From NCBI GenBank assembly GCA_046485135.1, contig JAWOHN010000257.1, positions 1 to 50,894 on the forward strand: DNA of 50,894 nt, read 5' to 3'. Each line of letters opens with the position of its first letter. Position 1 is the stretch's first letter. Positions 18,920 to 28,800 of the stretch are shown one piece after another. This DNA comes from Anaerolineales bacterium (lineage in GTDB: Bacteria; Chloroflexota; Anaerolineae; Anaerolineales; UBA4823). The translations under genes were made by a program, and so were the position numbers. Under the pieces are notes generated by a model, which was not told the DNA's origin, did no database searches, and saw only the letters and a program-made list of their open reading frames with translations.

Positions 18920-20902
18920 GTGCCGGACCCGATCATTAAACTGCACAAGGTAAGCTTTGAACTCACAGGCGAGATCCCCGAGAACGAAGACGGGGCCAGT
19001 TCACCTTCCACCGTAGAAGTGCGCACAGGCACGCTGCTCAGTGAAGCAGCTGGCTTGGCGGGCATTGAGTTAATGCAACCTTGCGGTGGGCAGGGACGCT
19101 GTGGGCGTTGTGCTGTGCAGGTTATGGAGGGCAAGGTCCGGCAGCGCAGCACTCTCCGCTTAAGCCAGGAAGACCTGGAACGCGGTTTTGCCCTGGCTTG
19201 CCAAAGTGTGGTGGAAGGCGACCTGCATATTCTCGTACCAACCCAAGAGAAAATCGAACGACGTCTGACAACGGACCGGACCGTCGGTAAGGTATCCGTT
19301 CCCCCGCGTTATGATTTTCGGGTTTCACAGACGATCCAACGCTTACACCTGACTTTAAACCCACCCAGTATGGATGACCAGACGGACGACTGGAGTCGTT
19401 TGCAGACGACCCTTCGTAAGGTAGGTGGGTTCAAAAAGGTAGACATCTCGCTGTCTTTGTTGCGCAAGATCGGCAATGTGTTACGGGAGAGCGATTGGCA
19501 GGTCACAGCCATCTTGAACGTGCAGAGCGATCCGGTTCACCCGCATGACCATGAGCTCCTGATTGACTTAAAGCCAGGGCATGTGCCCGACGAGGAACCG
19601 GTGTGGGGCGCGGCGATCGATATCGGCACTACCACCGTTACGTTGTGGCTGGTTGACCTGGTCACAGGTGAGGTGGTAGAACAGGTCTCTGAGTATAACC
19701 AGCAAATATCCAGGGGCGAGGACGTAGTCTCGCGCATCGTCTATGCCAGCAAGGGAGACGGCGGTGAAGAGATGCGCAGTTTGGTGCTGGAATCGATAAA
19801 CGGCCTGGTTGAGCGGGCTTGCCGGCGGGCAGGAGCGGAACAAAGAGAAATTGTCAAAGCAACTGTTGCCGGTAACAGCACCATGATCCACCTGCTGTTG
19901 GGTGTCCCGGCTGCCAGTATCCGCCTGTCTCCCTTTGTGACCGGCGTTAACGATATCCCACCTATGACAGCATTCCAGGTCGGCCTGGAGATCCATCCAG
20001 AGGCTATCGTGGACTGCTTGCCAGGAGTAGCCAGCTACGTGGGCGCTGATATCACTGCCGGAGTGTACTCTTCAGGAATGGACGATAGCCCGGACGTGAC
20101 GCTGTTTCTGGACATCGGCACCAATGGCGAATCTGTGCTGGGCTCCAGTGAGTGGTTGGTGACCTGCGCCTGCTCGGCCGGACCGGCCTTTGAGGGTGCG
20201 GGGGTTGCGCACGGAATGCGTGCTACCCGAGGAGCGATCGAAGAGGTCTGGATCGCGGGACCGGAAGCTCCTCAGCCTTACGAACCCAGTTACCGGGTAA
20301 TTGGCAATGTCAAACCACGTGGTGTCTGCGGCAGCGGCTTGATCTCCCTGTTGGCTGAGCTTTTCCTGGCAGGCGTCATCGACAAAGGCGGACGCGTCAA
20401 CGAGAGTTTAGAGACCCCCCGTATCCGCCGAGGCGAACATGAAATGGAGTACGTGATTGCCTGGGGAGAAGAGACTGAACATGGCCGCGATATTGTCATC
20501 ACCCACGTGGATATTGACAACCTGTTGCGGACAAAAGCGGCTATCTACGCTGGTTTCACGGTCATGGCGGATAGTGTGGGTGTTCCCCTGGAGGCTGTAG
20601 AGCGGATTTTGATCGGTGGTTCATTTGGCAAGTATATCAATGTGGAGAAGGCCATCCAAATTGGCCTGCTTCCAGACATGCCTTGGGACCACTTCCATTT
20701 TCTAGGCAACACGTCGGTGCGGGGCGCGTATTATGTGCTACTAGACCGGGATGCGCGCGAGCGGGTCCAAGATATCGCGGCGCGCATGACGTATATTGAG
20801 CTTTCGGCTGACAATAGCTTTTATGATGCTTTTGTGTCAGCCCTTTTCCTTCCACATACCGACCTGAACCGGTTTCCTTCGGTGGCGGAAGCGATCAACT
20901 GA
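18920..20902 (+). CDS. acsV: Reductive activator of corrinoid protein (RACo/AcsV; 2Fe-2S plus ASKHA ATPase)
   Basis: CGGQGRCGRC...LACQ ferredoxin; DIGTTT, GEDVVSRI, DIGTNGE, SAGPAFEG, GVCGSG. Confidence 0.93.
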   Translation: MPDPIIKLHKVSFELTGEIPENEDGASSPSTVEVRTGTLLSEAAGLAGIELMQPCGGQGRCGRCAVQVMEGKVRQRSTLRLSQEDLERGFALACQSVVEGDLHILVPTQEKIERRLTTDRTVGKVSVPPRYDFRVSQTIQRLHLTLNPPSMDDQTDDWSRLQTTLRKVGGFKKVDISLSLLRKIGNVLRESDWQVTAILNVQSDPVHPHDHELLIDLKPGHVPDEEPVWGAAIDIGTTTVTLWLVDLVTGEVVEQVSEYNQQISRGEDVVSRIVYASKGDGGEEMRSLVLESINGLVERACRRAGAEQREIVKATVAGNSTMIHLLLGVPAASIRLSPFVTGVNDIPPMTAFQVGLEIHPEAIVDCLPGVASYVGADITAGVYSSGMDDSPDVTLFLDIGTNGESVLGSSEWLVTCACSAGPAFEGAGVAHGMRATRGAIEEVWIAGPEAPQPYEPSYRVIGNVKPRGVCGSGLISLLAELFLAGVIDKGGRVNESLETPRIRRGEHEMEYVIAWGEETEHGRDIVITHVDIDNLLRTKAAIYAGFTVMADSVGVPLEAVERILIGGSFGKYINVEKAIQIGLLPDMPWDHFHFLGNTSVRGAYYVLLDRDARERVQDIAARMTYIELSADNSFYDAFVSALFLPHTDLNRFPSVAEAIN

Positions 20903-20977
20903 TAAGAGAGATTCCGGGTCAACGTTTTTGTCGATCGATGGGTCTCGAAGCATGACCAATAGAAAAGGACAGGAACT

Positions 20978-21901
20978 ATGTACATCATTGGCGAAAACAT
21001 CCATATCATCTCAGACAAGGTTAAAGCGGCGCTGTCTGCGAAAGACGCGAAATTCTTTCAAGAGCTGGCTGTAGCGCAGGTAGAGGCAGGTGCGCAGGCG
21101 CTTGATCTGAATATGGGACCGCGCAAGAAGGACTGGGAAGAGGTCTTTCCCTGGATGGTTGAGACGGTCGAGGCAGTGGTTGATGTGCCGTTGAGCTTTG
21201 ACAGCACCAACTTGATGGGAATTGAGGCCGGCTTAAAGAAGGTGACCAAGGCCCAGCCGATTATCAACTCAACCTCAGCAGAACCAGAGCGCTTGGAGAA
21301 GGTGCCCTTGCTGGCGAAGAAGTACAACACGCGCCTGATCGCCTTGACCATGGGAAAAGGCGGTATTCCAATCGGCGCGGACGAAAGGGTGAATATCGCT
21401 CTGGAATCCTTGATCCCGCGCATGCTGGAGATCGATTTCCCGATCAGCGACCTGATTATCGACCCACTGGTGTTGACTGTATCCGGCTGCCAGGAATATT
21501 GCCCGCACCTCCTTGAAACTATCCGCACGCTGCAGTATGCCTGGGATCCGCCACCATCCATTTCAGTGGGGTTATCCAACGTGTCCAACGCAGTACCCCA
21601 AGAAAACAGAGGGCTGATCAACCAGGTTTATGGGGCGATGCTGATGGGCGTCGGCCTGCAGATGATGATAGCCGATCCCCTGGACAAAGAGTTGACAGAG
21701 ATGATCCGCATCGTTGAAATGCGCGATGATTCTACTCCGGTGGGAGGGTTGTACATCAAGATCGCTGATAGGATTGCCGAGATGGAAGAACCATCGATTG
21801 AAGATGTCGACACCACTGATCCTGAGCAAGTGGCGATCTGGAAGACGGTGCAGATCTTACTGAATAAGGTTATCTACGCTGAGAGCTATCTGACGCAATA
21901 A
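20978..21901 (+). CDS. acsE: Methyl-THF:corrinoid methyltransferase (pterin-binding TIM barrel)
   Basis: MYIIGENI, LDLNMG, LSFDSTN, IINST, IIDPL, GLSNVS; position in the acs operon. Confidence 0.88.
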   Translation: MYIIGENIHIISDKVKAALSAKDAKFFQELAVAQVEAGAQALDLNMGPRKKDWEEVFPWMVETVEAVVDVPLSFDSTNLMGIEAGLKKVTKAQPIINSTSAEPERLEKVPLLAKKYNTRLIALTMGKGGIPIGADERVNIALESLIPRMLEIDFPISDLIIDPLVLTVSGCQEYCPHLLETIRTLQYAWDPPPSISVGLSNVSNAVPQENRGLINQVYGAMLMGVGLQMMIADPLDKELTEMIRIVEMRDDSTPVGGLYIKIADRIAEMEEPSIEDVDTTDPEQVAIWKTVQILLNKVIYAESYLTQ

Positions 21902-21924
21902 AGTTCGTTTGTATGCTAGCGATA

Positions 21925-21955
21925 GCAGTCCCTCAGGAATTGCCTGAGGGACTGC
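21925..21955. terminator. Perfect 13-bp hairpin closing the acs unit
   Basis: GCAGTCCCTCAGG-AATTG-CCTGAGGGACTGC, about 24 nt after the acsE stop; no U-tract. Confidence 0.55.
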
Positions 21956-22022
21956 CCAAAATTAGGGACATTTGGCTTGATAAATATTGACGAAAGACAG
22001 ATGTATATTTAGGAACAATGTC

Positions 22023-22028
22023 TATAAT
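22023..22028 (+). promoter_or_regulatory. Possible sigma70 -10 box for the hdr/met unit
   Basis: Perfect TATAAT in an AT-rich gap about 80 bp before hdrA; no convincing -35 box. Confidence 0.3.
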
Positions 22029-22105
22029 CTAGATAATATAAGACCAATTGGTATTTCCACGCGGCTCTCCACATTGCAGTTCCAAAGAGGCCGGGGGAGG
22101 CAAAT

Positions 22106-25100
22106 ATGCAGATGATCAAACCACAGACTGTCCGGTCGAAGCCTGCGGCTGCCCTAGTTGTGGGCGGTGGTATCGGTGGCATGCGCGCAGCGCTAGACCT
22201 GGCAGATGCTGGATTAAAGGTATACCTGGTAGAACAAACCCCCTGCCTGGGAGGGCGGGTGGCGCAACTTGGGTTTATGTTTCCACAACATGACTGTGTG
22301 CTGTGCCGGGGTACGCAAGACCATGGATACGGGTGCACCCGTCCATCCATTTCTCCGGCTTATATCCAGAATAACCAACACCCAAATATCGAAATCCTGA
22401 CCAATACCCGCATCATGGATGTGCAGGGTGAGGCGGGCGATTTTACGGCTGCATTGGTCCAGGAGCCGCGCCATGTTGACCCCTTTCGGTGCATCAATTG
22501 TGATTTATGCGCGCAGGTGTGCCCGGTGGAGCTGCCAAATGCCTACCAGTTGGGGATGACCAAGCGGAAAGCAGCGTATAAAGTTTCGGCTCGGGCAGCG
22601 CCAGATGCGTATGTGATCGACCGAGGACCTTATTGCGACGATTGCGGGAAATGCGAGCAAGTTTGCCCAACAAATGCCATCAACTTAAGCGAGCAACCTC
22701 GCTTGCTTACGGTGGATGTCGGCGCGATCATCCTGGCGTTGGGATTCAAGGTGTACCCGGCGGGGGAGCACCAGGAATTGGGAGCAGGGCGCTATCCGAA
22801 CGTGCTGGAGTCGATGCAATACGAGCGCCTGGCCAGCCGCTCTGGGCCAACTGAGGGCAGTATTTATCGACCATCGGATGGAAAACCACCTAAGTCAATC
22901 GCCTGGCTGCAATGCATTGGCTCGCGCGAGAAGGATCATCCTTATTGTTCCTCGATTTGCTGCATGTACGCCACCAAAGAGGCCTTGCTGGCAACCCAGC
23001 GCCTGGGAAACGATGTTTCTTGCAGCGTGTTCATCATGGATGAACGGGCATTCAACAAAGAGTACAGCGCCTATTTTCACAAGGCGCGTGAGACGCACGG
23101 CATCCAGTACCACCGTAGCCGGGTATCGGAAATCAAGGAAGATTCTGCCACCCACGACCTGATCCTGAGCTATAGTGATTCGGATGGAAAGACGCATTCA
23201 GAACGTTTCGAGATGGTGGTTTTGGCGACTGGCTTGCAGCCGCCTGATTCAGCACGCCAGCTGGCGGAGATGCTCTCGGTGGAGCTGAACGAACACGGTT
23301 TTTGTGAAACTGATAAATTTACCCCCTTACAAACGACCCGCCCGGGCGTGTTTGTGTGTGGAGCCTTCTCCTCACCCAAGGAGATTGCCGAAACCATCCT
23401 GGACGCTTCTGGGGCGGCAGCAGAGGTCATGCGCTTGCTCAACGACCGGCTGCATACGTACCCATACACGCGCGCCTATCCATTTCTAAGTGCAGAAGAC
23501 TATCCGGATGAACGAGATGTGAGCGGCGACCCGCCGCGGGTAGGAGTGTTCAGCTGTACATGCGGTGGAACCTTAACCAAAGACCTGGACATGTCTGCGC
23601 TGACGGTGCGGTCGTTGAATTGGCCCGGTGTGGAAATGGCAGAGGTGATCGATCTGGCTTGTTTTCCAGAAGAGCTGGAAAGGATGCGCCAGCGGATTGT
23701 AGAGCATGGCTTGAACCGGATCGTGGTAGCTGCCTGTAGTAACCGGACGCACGATGCATTATTCCAGAAATTAATGCGCAGCGCGGGGTTGAATCCGTAT
23801 TTGTTAGAGGTGGTGAACCTGCGTGACCAATGCAGCCAGGTACACCAAGATGTGCGCCTGGCTAACCGCAAGGCAGTGGAGCTTGTGCGCGTAGCTGTGG
23901 GGCGGGTAGTGGTAGCCAGACCGGTGTACAAAGAGAAACACGCTTGCTTCCCAGCCGCGCTGGTTATAGGCGGAGGCGTGGCGGGAATGACGGCAGCCCT
24001 GGCCATTGCCGATAGCGGTTATGACGTGAATTTGGTTGAACGCTCTGAGATCCTGGGTGGACATCTGCGCAACCTGTACTATGTGGCAGAAGGTTACAAC
24101 CCACAACGCCTGTTACGCGACCTGGTGAACCGGGTGCGCGGTCACCAGCGTATCTTCACACATACCCGCACGGTGATTACAGGCCAATCGGGGCATGTAG
24201 GCAGCTTTACGACCGGGTTGCTGACCTACCATACAGATGGCTCAGCGGAGGCATTGAGCGTTGAGCATGGTGTCACGATTATGGCCACGGGCGCGCAAGA
24301 AAACAAACAGCACCCTTTGTTGGAGATGCCTGGGGTGATCGTGCAAAGCGAGCTGGAAGAGAAAATTATCCACCATCCTGAGGAGATTGCAGCTTTGAAG
24401 GATGTGGTCATGATGCAATGTGTGCGCCCGGAAGGGGTGGCAGATTACTGCTCACGGGTGTGTTGCACCAATACCATGAAAAATGCCATCCGCCTCAAGC
24501 TATTTAACCCATCTTGCCGGGTAACCGTGCTTTATAAGAATATTGTCACCTACGGCTTTCGAGAGGAATATTACACAGAAGCGCGCCGGCATGGGGTGAT
24601 CTTTATTCGCTACACTGACCAGGAGCCTCCGCAAGTGAAACGGGTTAACGGCAAACTGGTGGTGCAAGTGCGCGATCTGTCCTTGGATCGCCTGGTGACG
24701 CTACCAGCAGACTTGTTGACCATGAGCATGTCAATCACCCCGGCTGAAGGGAGCAGAGAGCTGGCTGAATTGCTGCGCTTACCCCTATCGACGGAAGGTT
24801 TCTTGGAAGAAGCCCAACTTAAACTTAGACCGATGGATTTCATGCGCGAAGGAATCTTTCTGGCAGGGATGGCGCATTATCCCAAATTCCTAGAAGAAAG
24901 TATCAGCCATGCTCTGGCGGCAGCCGGACGAGCGCTGACCTTGCTCTCTCAGGAGTCACTATACCTGGGCGGGGTGGTGGCGGTCGTTGATGCAGAGAAA
25001 TGCGTGGGCTGTCTGACTTGTACACGGACCTGTCCATTTGAAATCCCCCAGGTGATTGAAGTTGAAGGCCGGCATGGCGTTGGTCAGCTTGGGGGAGCGG

Positions 25101-25264
25101 CTTATATCGATCCGACTCAATGCCAGGGTTGCGGGACATGCACAGGTGAATGTCCCGCCAATGCAATCCAATTGATCCATTACACAGATGAGCAGATGAT
25201 GCTGAGATCCATTGCAGGCCTGGGATCCTGGCAGGCTGAAACGATGATTGAGGCAATACAATGA
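22106..25264 (+). CDS. hdrA: HdrA-family flavo-iron-sulfur protein, double-core type (1052 aa)
   Basis: Two GGGxxG FAD motifs; QCIGSR..YCSSICC and YCSRVCC; CxC/ACS/NLRDQCS N-type domain; two 2x[4Fe-4S] ferredoxin modules. Confidence 0.92.
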   Translation: MQMIKPQTVRSKPAAALVVGGGIGGMRAALDLADAGLKVYLVEQTPCLGGRVAQLGFMFPQHDCVLCRGTQDHGYGCTRPSISPAYIQNNQHPNIEILTNTRIMDVQGEAGDFTAALVQEPRHVDPFRCINCDLCAQVCPVELPNAYQLGMTKRKAAYKVSARAAPDAYVIDRGPYCDDCGKCEQVCPTNAINLSEQPRLLTVDVGAIILALGFKVYPAGEHQELGAGRYPNVLESMQYERLASRSGPTEGSIYRPSDGKPPKSIAWLQCIGSREKDHPYCSSICCMYATKEALLATQRLGNDVSCSVFIMDERAFNKEYSAYFHKARETHGIQYHRSRVSEIKEDSATHDLILSYSDSDGKTHSERFEMVVLATGLQPPDSARQLAEMLSVELNEHGFCETDKFTPLQTTRPGVFVCGAFSSPKEIAETILDASGAAAEVMRLLNDRLHTYPYTRAYPFLSAEDYPDERDVSGDPPRVGVFSCTCGGTLTKDLDMSALTVRSLNWPGVEMAEVIDLACFPEELERMRQRIVEHGLNRIVVAACSNRTHDALFQKLMRSAGLNPYLLEVVNLRDQCSQVHQDVRLANRKAVELVRVAVGRVVVARPVYKEKHACFPAALVIGGGVAGMTAALAIADSGYDVNLVERSEILGGHLRNLYYVAEGYNPQRLLRDLVNRVRGHQRIFTHTRTVITGQSGHVGSFTTGLLTYHTDGSAEALSVEHGVTIMATGAQENKQHPLLEMPGVIVQSELEEKIIHHPEEIAALKDVVMMQCVRPEGVADYCSRVCCTNTMKNAIRLKLFNPSCRVTVLYKNIVTYGFREEYYTEARRHGVIFIRYTDQEPPQVKRVNGKLVVQVRDLSLDRLVTLPADLLTMSMSITPAEGSRELAELLRLPLSTEGFLEEAQLKLRPMDFMREGIFLAGMAHYPKFLEESISHALAAAGRALTLLSQESLYLGGVVAVVDAEKCVGCLTCTRTCPFEIPQVIEVEGRHGVGQLGGAAYIDPTQCQGCGTCTGECPANAIQLIHYTDEQMMLRSIAGLGSWQAETMIEAIQ

Positions 25265-25773
25265 CGCAGAAAGAAATCAGCCAGGAATTTGAACCTGAAA
25301 TCACTGCATTTTATTGCGTTTACTGTGGTTATATGGCAGCAGATACAGCCGGGGCGCTGCATATCCAATACCCGCCGAACGTGAAGTTTGTGCGAATGCC
25401 ATGTGGCGGCAAGACCGATATCCGTTACCTGCTGGAAGCCTTCGAGCAAGGGGCAGACGGAGTTTACTTGCTGGCCTGCCCGATCGGTAACTGTCACCAT
25501 GTGCGGGGGAACGAACGAGGCCAGGCGCGCATGGAACGGGCCAAAGCAATATTAGACGAAATCGGCCTGGGTGGAGAGCGCTTAAACATGTTTTTCATGT
25601 CCGGCAGCCAGGGACAGGCTTTTGCTAACGCAGCGAAAACGATGACGGAGCGCATCCGCAAGCTCGGTCCAAATCCGCTTAAGTTTGCAATTGAGAAAGT
25701 GCACGTTCCGATATCGATTGAAAGTGATCCAGAAGAAGAAAACGGTTTCCGAGGCAGGCGCCCAAAACGCTAA
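25261..25773 (+). CDS. mvhD: MvhD/FlpD [2Fe-2S] subunit, cysteine form
   Basis: FYCVYCGY, MPCGG, GADGVYLLACPIGNCHH (TGC at 25477), LGPNP; ATGA overlap with hdrA. Confidence 0.92.
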   Translation: MTQKEISQEFEPEITAFYCVYCGYMAADTAGALHIQYPPNVKFVRMPCGGKTDIRYLLEAFEQGADGVYLLACPIGNCHHVRGNERGQARMERAKAILDEIGLGGERLNMFFMSGSQGQAFANAAKTMTERIRKLGPNPLKFAIEKVHVPISIESDPEEENGFRGRRPKR

Positions 25774-25823
25774 CATCCTGAAAGGCTCCTGGAAGCAGAC
25801 GTACACGGCAGGGTAAAGAGGAC

Positions 25824-28800
25824 ATGGCAAATTCTAAGGTATCTCCCTCCAAAGAACCTGCAATGCCGACCGGATCAGTAGTGGTCGTGGGTGGTGGAAT
25901 CGCGGGTATACAGGCCTCCCTAGACCTGGTGGAGCAAGGCTTTAAAGTTTATCTGGTTGAAACGCAAACTGCCATCGGTGGCAAGATGGCCCAGCTCGAT
26001 AAGACCTTCCCGACCAATGACTGCGCCATGTGCACGATCTCGCCGAAACTGGTTGAGACCGGGCGCCACCCCAATATCCACGTAATGACGGATACTGAGG
26101 TTTTAGATGTAAAGGGACAGGCTGGAAATTTCAGCGTTACCTTGCAGCATAAGGCCCGCTATATCGATACCTCGAAATGTGTGGGCTGCGGGGAATGCAC
26201 GGCTGTCTGTCCGGTGGTTGTGCCTGATAAGTTTAATGAGGGGCTAGACCAGCGCAGAGCAATTTTCAAGTTATACCCACAGGCTGTCCCAAATGCGTAT
26301 GCGATTGAGAAGCAAGGCATTTCTCCTTGCCGAGACGCCTGCCCGGCGGGTCAGCGTGCCCAAGGGTACATCGCATTAATCCGGGAGGGGCGCTGGGATG
26401 ATGCGCTGCGGGTAATCAAAATGGACAATCCCTTCCCGGGCATCTGCGGACGTATCTGCAACCACCGCTGTGAGACAGCCTGCAATCGCGGTCATGTAGA
26501 TGAGCCGATCAATATCCGGGCTTTGAAGCGATTTGTGACCGATAAGGTATATGCTGAACCACGAACACAAATTGAAGCGGTCCAAATTAAATATCCAGAC
26601 CGGCGGGTAGCGATCATCGGAGCTGGTCCCTGTGGACTGACGGCAGCGCGAGACCTGGTGGAAGCCGGCTATCCGGTTACCGTGGTCGAGGCCATGCCGG
26701 TGGCGGGCGGTATGCTGCGTTTGGGTGTGCCTGAGTACCGCTTGCCAGCAGAGATCATCGAGAGAGAAGTGCAAGACATCCTGGATCTGGGCGTAGAGCT
26801 GCGCTTGAACCACCAGGTGGAAAACCTGGATGATCTGTTTGACGAAGGCTTTGAAGCGGTATTGATTTCAGTGGGCGCGCATGAAGGCGTTCGCCTGCCG
26901 ATCCCCGGCGCAAACCTGGAAGGTGTATTGATCAACACGCACTTCTTGCGAGACGTGCGCCTGGGGAAATATGCGCAAGTCGATATCTCTGGCAACGGAG
27001 ATGCTGCCCCAGAACTGGGTGAACATGTGCTGGTCCTGGGGGGCGGAAATGTGGCGATCGACGTGGCACGCACGGCAGTGCGCCTGGGGCGGAAGGTTTC
27101 GATGGCCTTCCTTGAGTCAAGGGAGACGATGCCCTCTCACGATTGGGAGGTGCAGGCGGCGTTGGATGAAGGTATCCGTCTGTACCCAAGCCGGACCTTT
27201 GAGCGGATTGTGGCGGACGGAGATGGCAAAGCGGCTGGTGTTGAGTGCATGAATGCGCGCAATTTCAGCTTTGATGAAACAGGCCGGCTGAACGTAGATA
27301 AAGAACCGAGCTCTAACCACGTGGTCCCATGCGATACGGTGATCTTCTCGGTCGGGCAGCGGGCGGGTCTGGCCTTTATCCCTGACGATGCCGGGGTGGG
27401 TATGACGAACAAGCGGACCATCGCCATCAACCCCAACACCTTTGCAGCCACCCGTCCAGGTGTGTTTGCAGCCGGTGATAGTGTATCAGGCACAGCTTTT
27501 GTCATTGAGGCGGTAGCCAGTGGGCACACGGCGGCCGAGTCGATCATCCGCTACTTACAGGGAGACCAACTGGAGCCGCAGCCGAAGCCAGATCTGCCGG
27601 TGGTGCACCTGTCGCAGGACGAGCTGGCGGAACGCATTGCCCTTGGCGAGATTCACCGCCAACCACGCGTGCTTTTGCCGCAATTGCCGGTGGCTCAACG
27701 CCTGGATAATTTTGCAGAGGTGGAGGGCGGTTATGATGATGAGTCTGCACAAAGAGAGGCGGCGCGCTGCCTGGCTTGTGGCGTCTGTTCGGAGTGCATG
27801 AGCTGTACTTTTGTCTGCGGGGTCAATGCCATCGACCATAATATGGTCGTCAGAGAGGAGGTCGTTGAAGCCGGGGCGATTATCCTGGCGCCTGGATATC
27901 AGATATACAAGGCTGAGCTGTCAGAAGAGTACGGATTTGGGCGCTATCCAAATGTGATCACCTCTTTGCAATACGAGCGAATCCTTTCGGCCAGCGGACC
28001 GACCCGAGGCCACCTCAAGCGACCTTCCGATAGCAAAGCGCCCAAGCGCATTGCCTTCTTGCAATGCGTAGGCAGCCGCGACCAGAGCCACGATTACTGT
28101 TCGTCCGTGTGTTGTATGTACGCGGCCAAAGAAGCGATTATGACCATCGAGCATGCCCGGGCAGAAGCACGGTTGAGAGGTGAGGAAGCGGATGTATCTT
28201 GCGAGGTCTTTTTCATGGACACGCGCGCCTACAGCAAAGGCTATGAAGAATATTACCGGCGGGCTGAGGGTAAATACGGAGTCAAGTACACCCGAGCGCG
28301 CATCAGCCAATTGCGCGAAGACCCGAAAACTGGGAACCTAATTGTGCGTTATGCTGCTCCTTATGAGGGCAAGCCAAAACCAATTGAGCGTGAATTCGAC
28401 CTGGTGGTCCTGTCTGTTGGGATGGAGATTTCGGAATCGGTGCGCCAACTTGGGCGGACGCTAGGTGTCGAGCTGGACGATTACGGCTTTTGCCATACGA
28501 CGCTATTTGACCCATTGCAAACCAGCCGCCCTGGCATCTTTGCTGCCGGACCTTTCCGTGAGCCGAAGGATATCCCCGAATCGGTCACCGAGGCCAGCGG
28601 GGCGGCAGCGGCTGCTGCACAGCTCCTGTCTGCTTCCCGCTTTACATTGACCAGCGTACCAGAATACCCACCGATGCGCGAAGTGAAGGAAGAACCGCCC
28701 CGGACGGGAGTCTTCGTTTGCCATTGCGGTAGCAATATCGGCGGATATTTGGATGTGCCAGACGTGGCGAAATATGCCGGCTGTCTGCCTGGCGTGGTCC

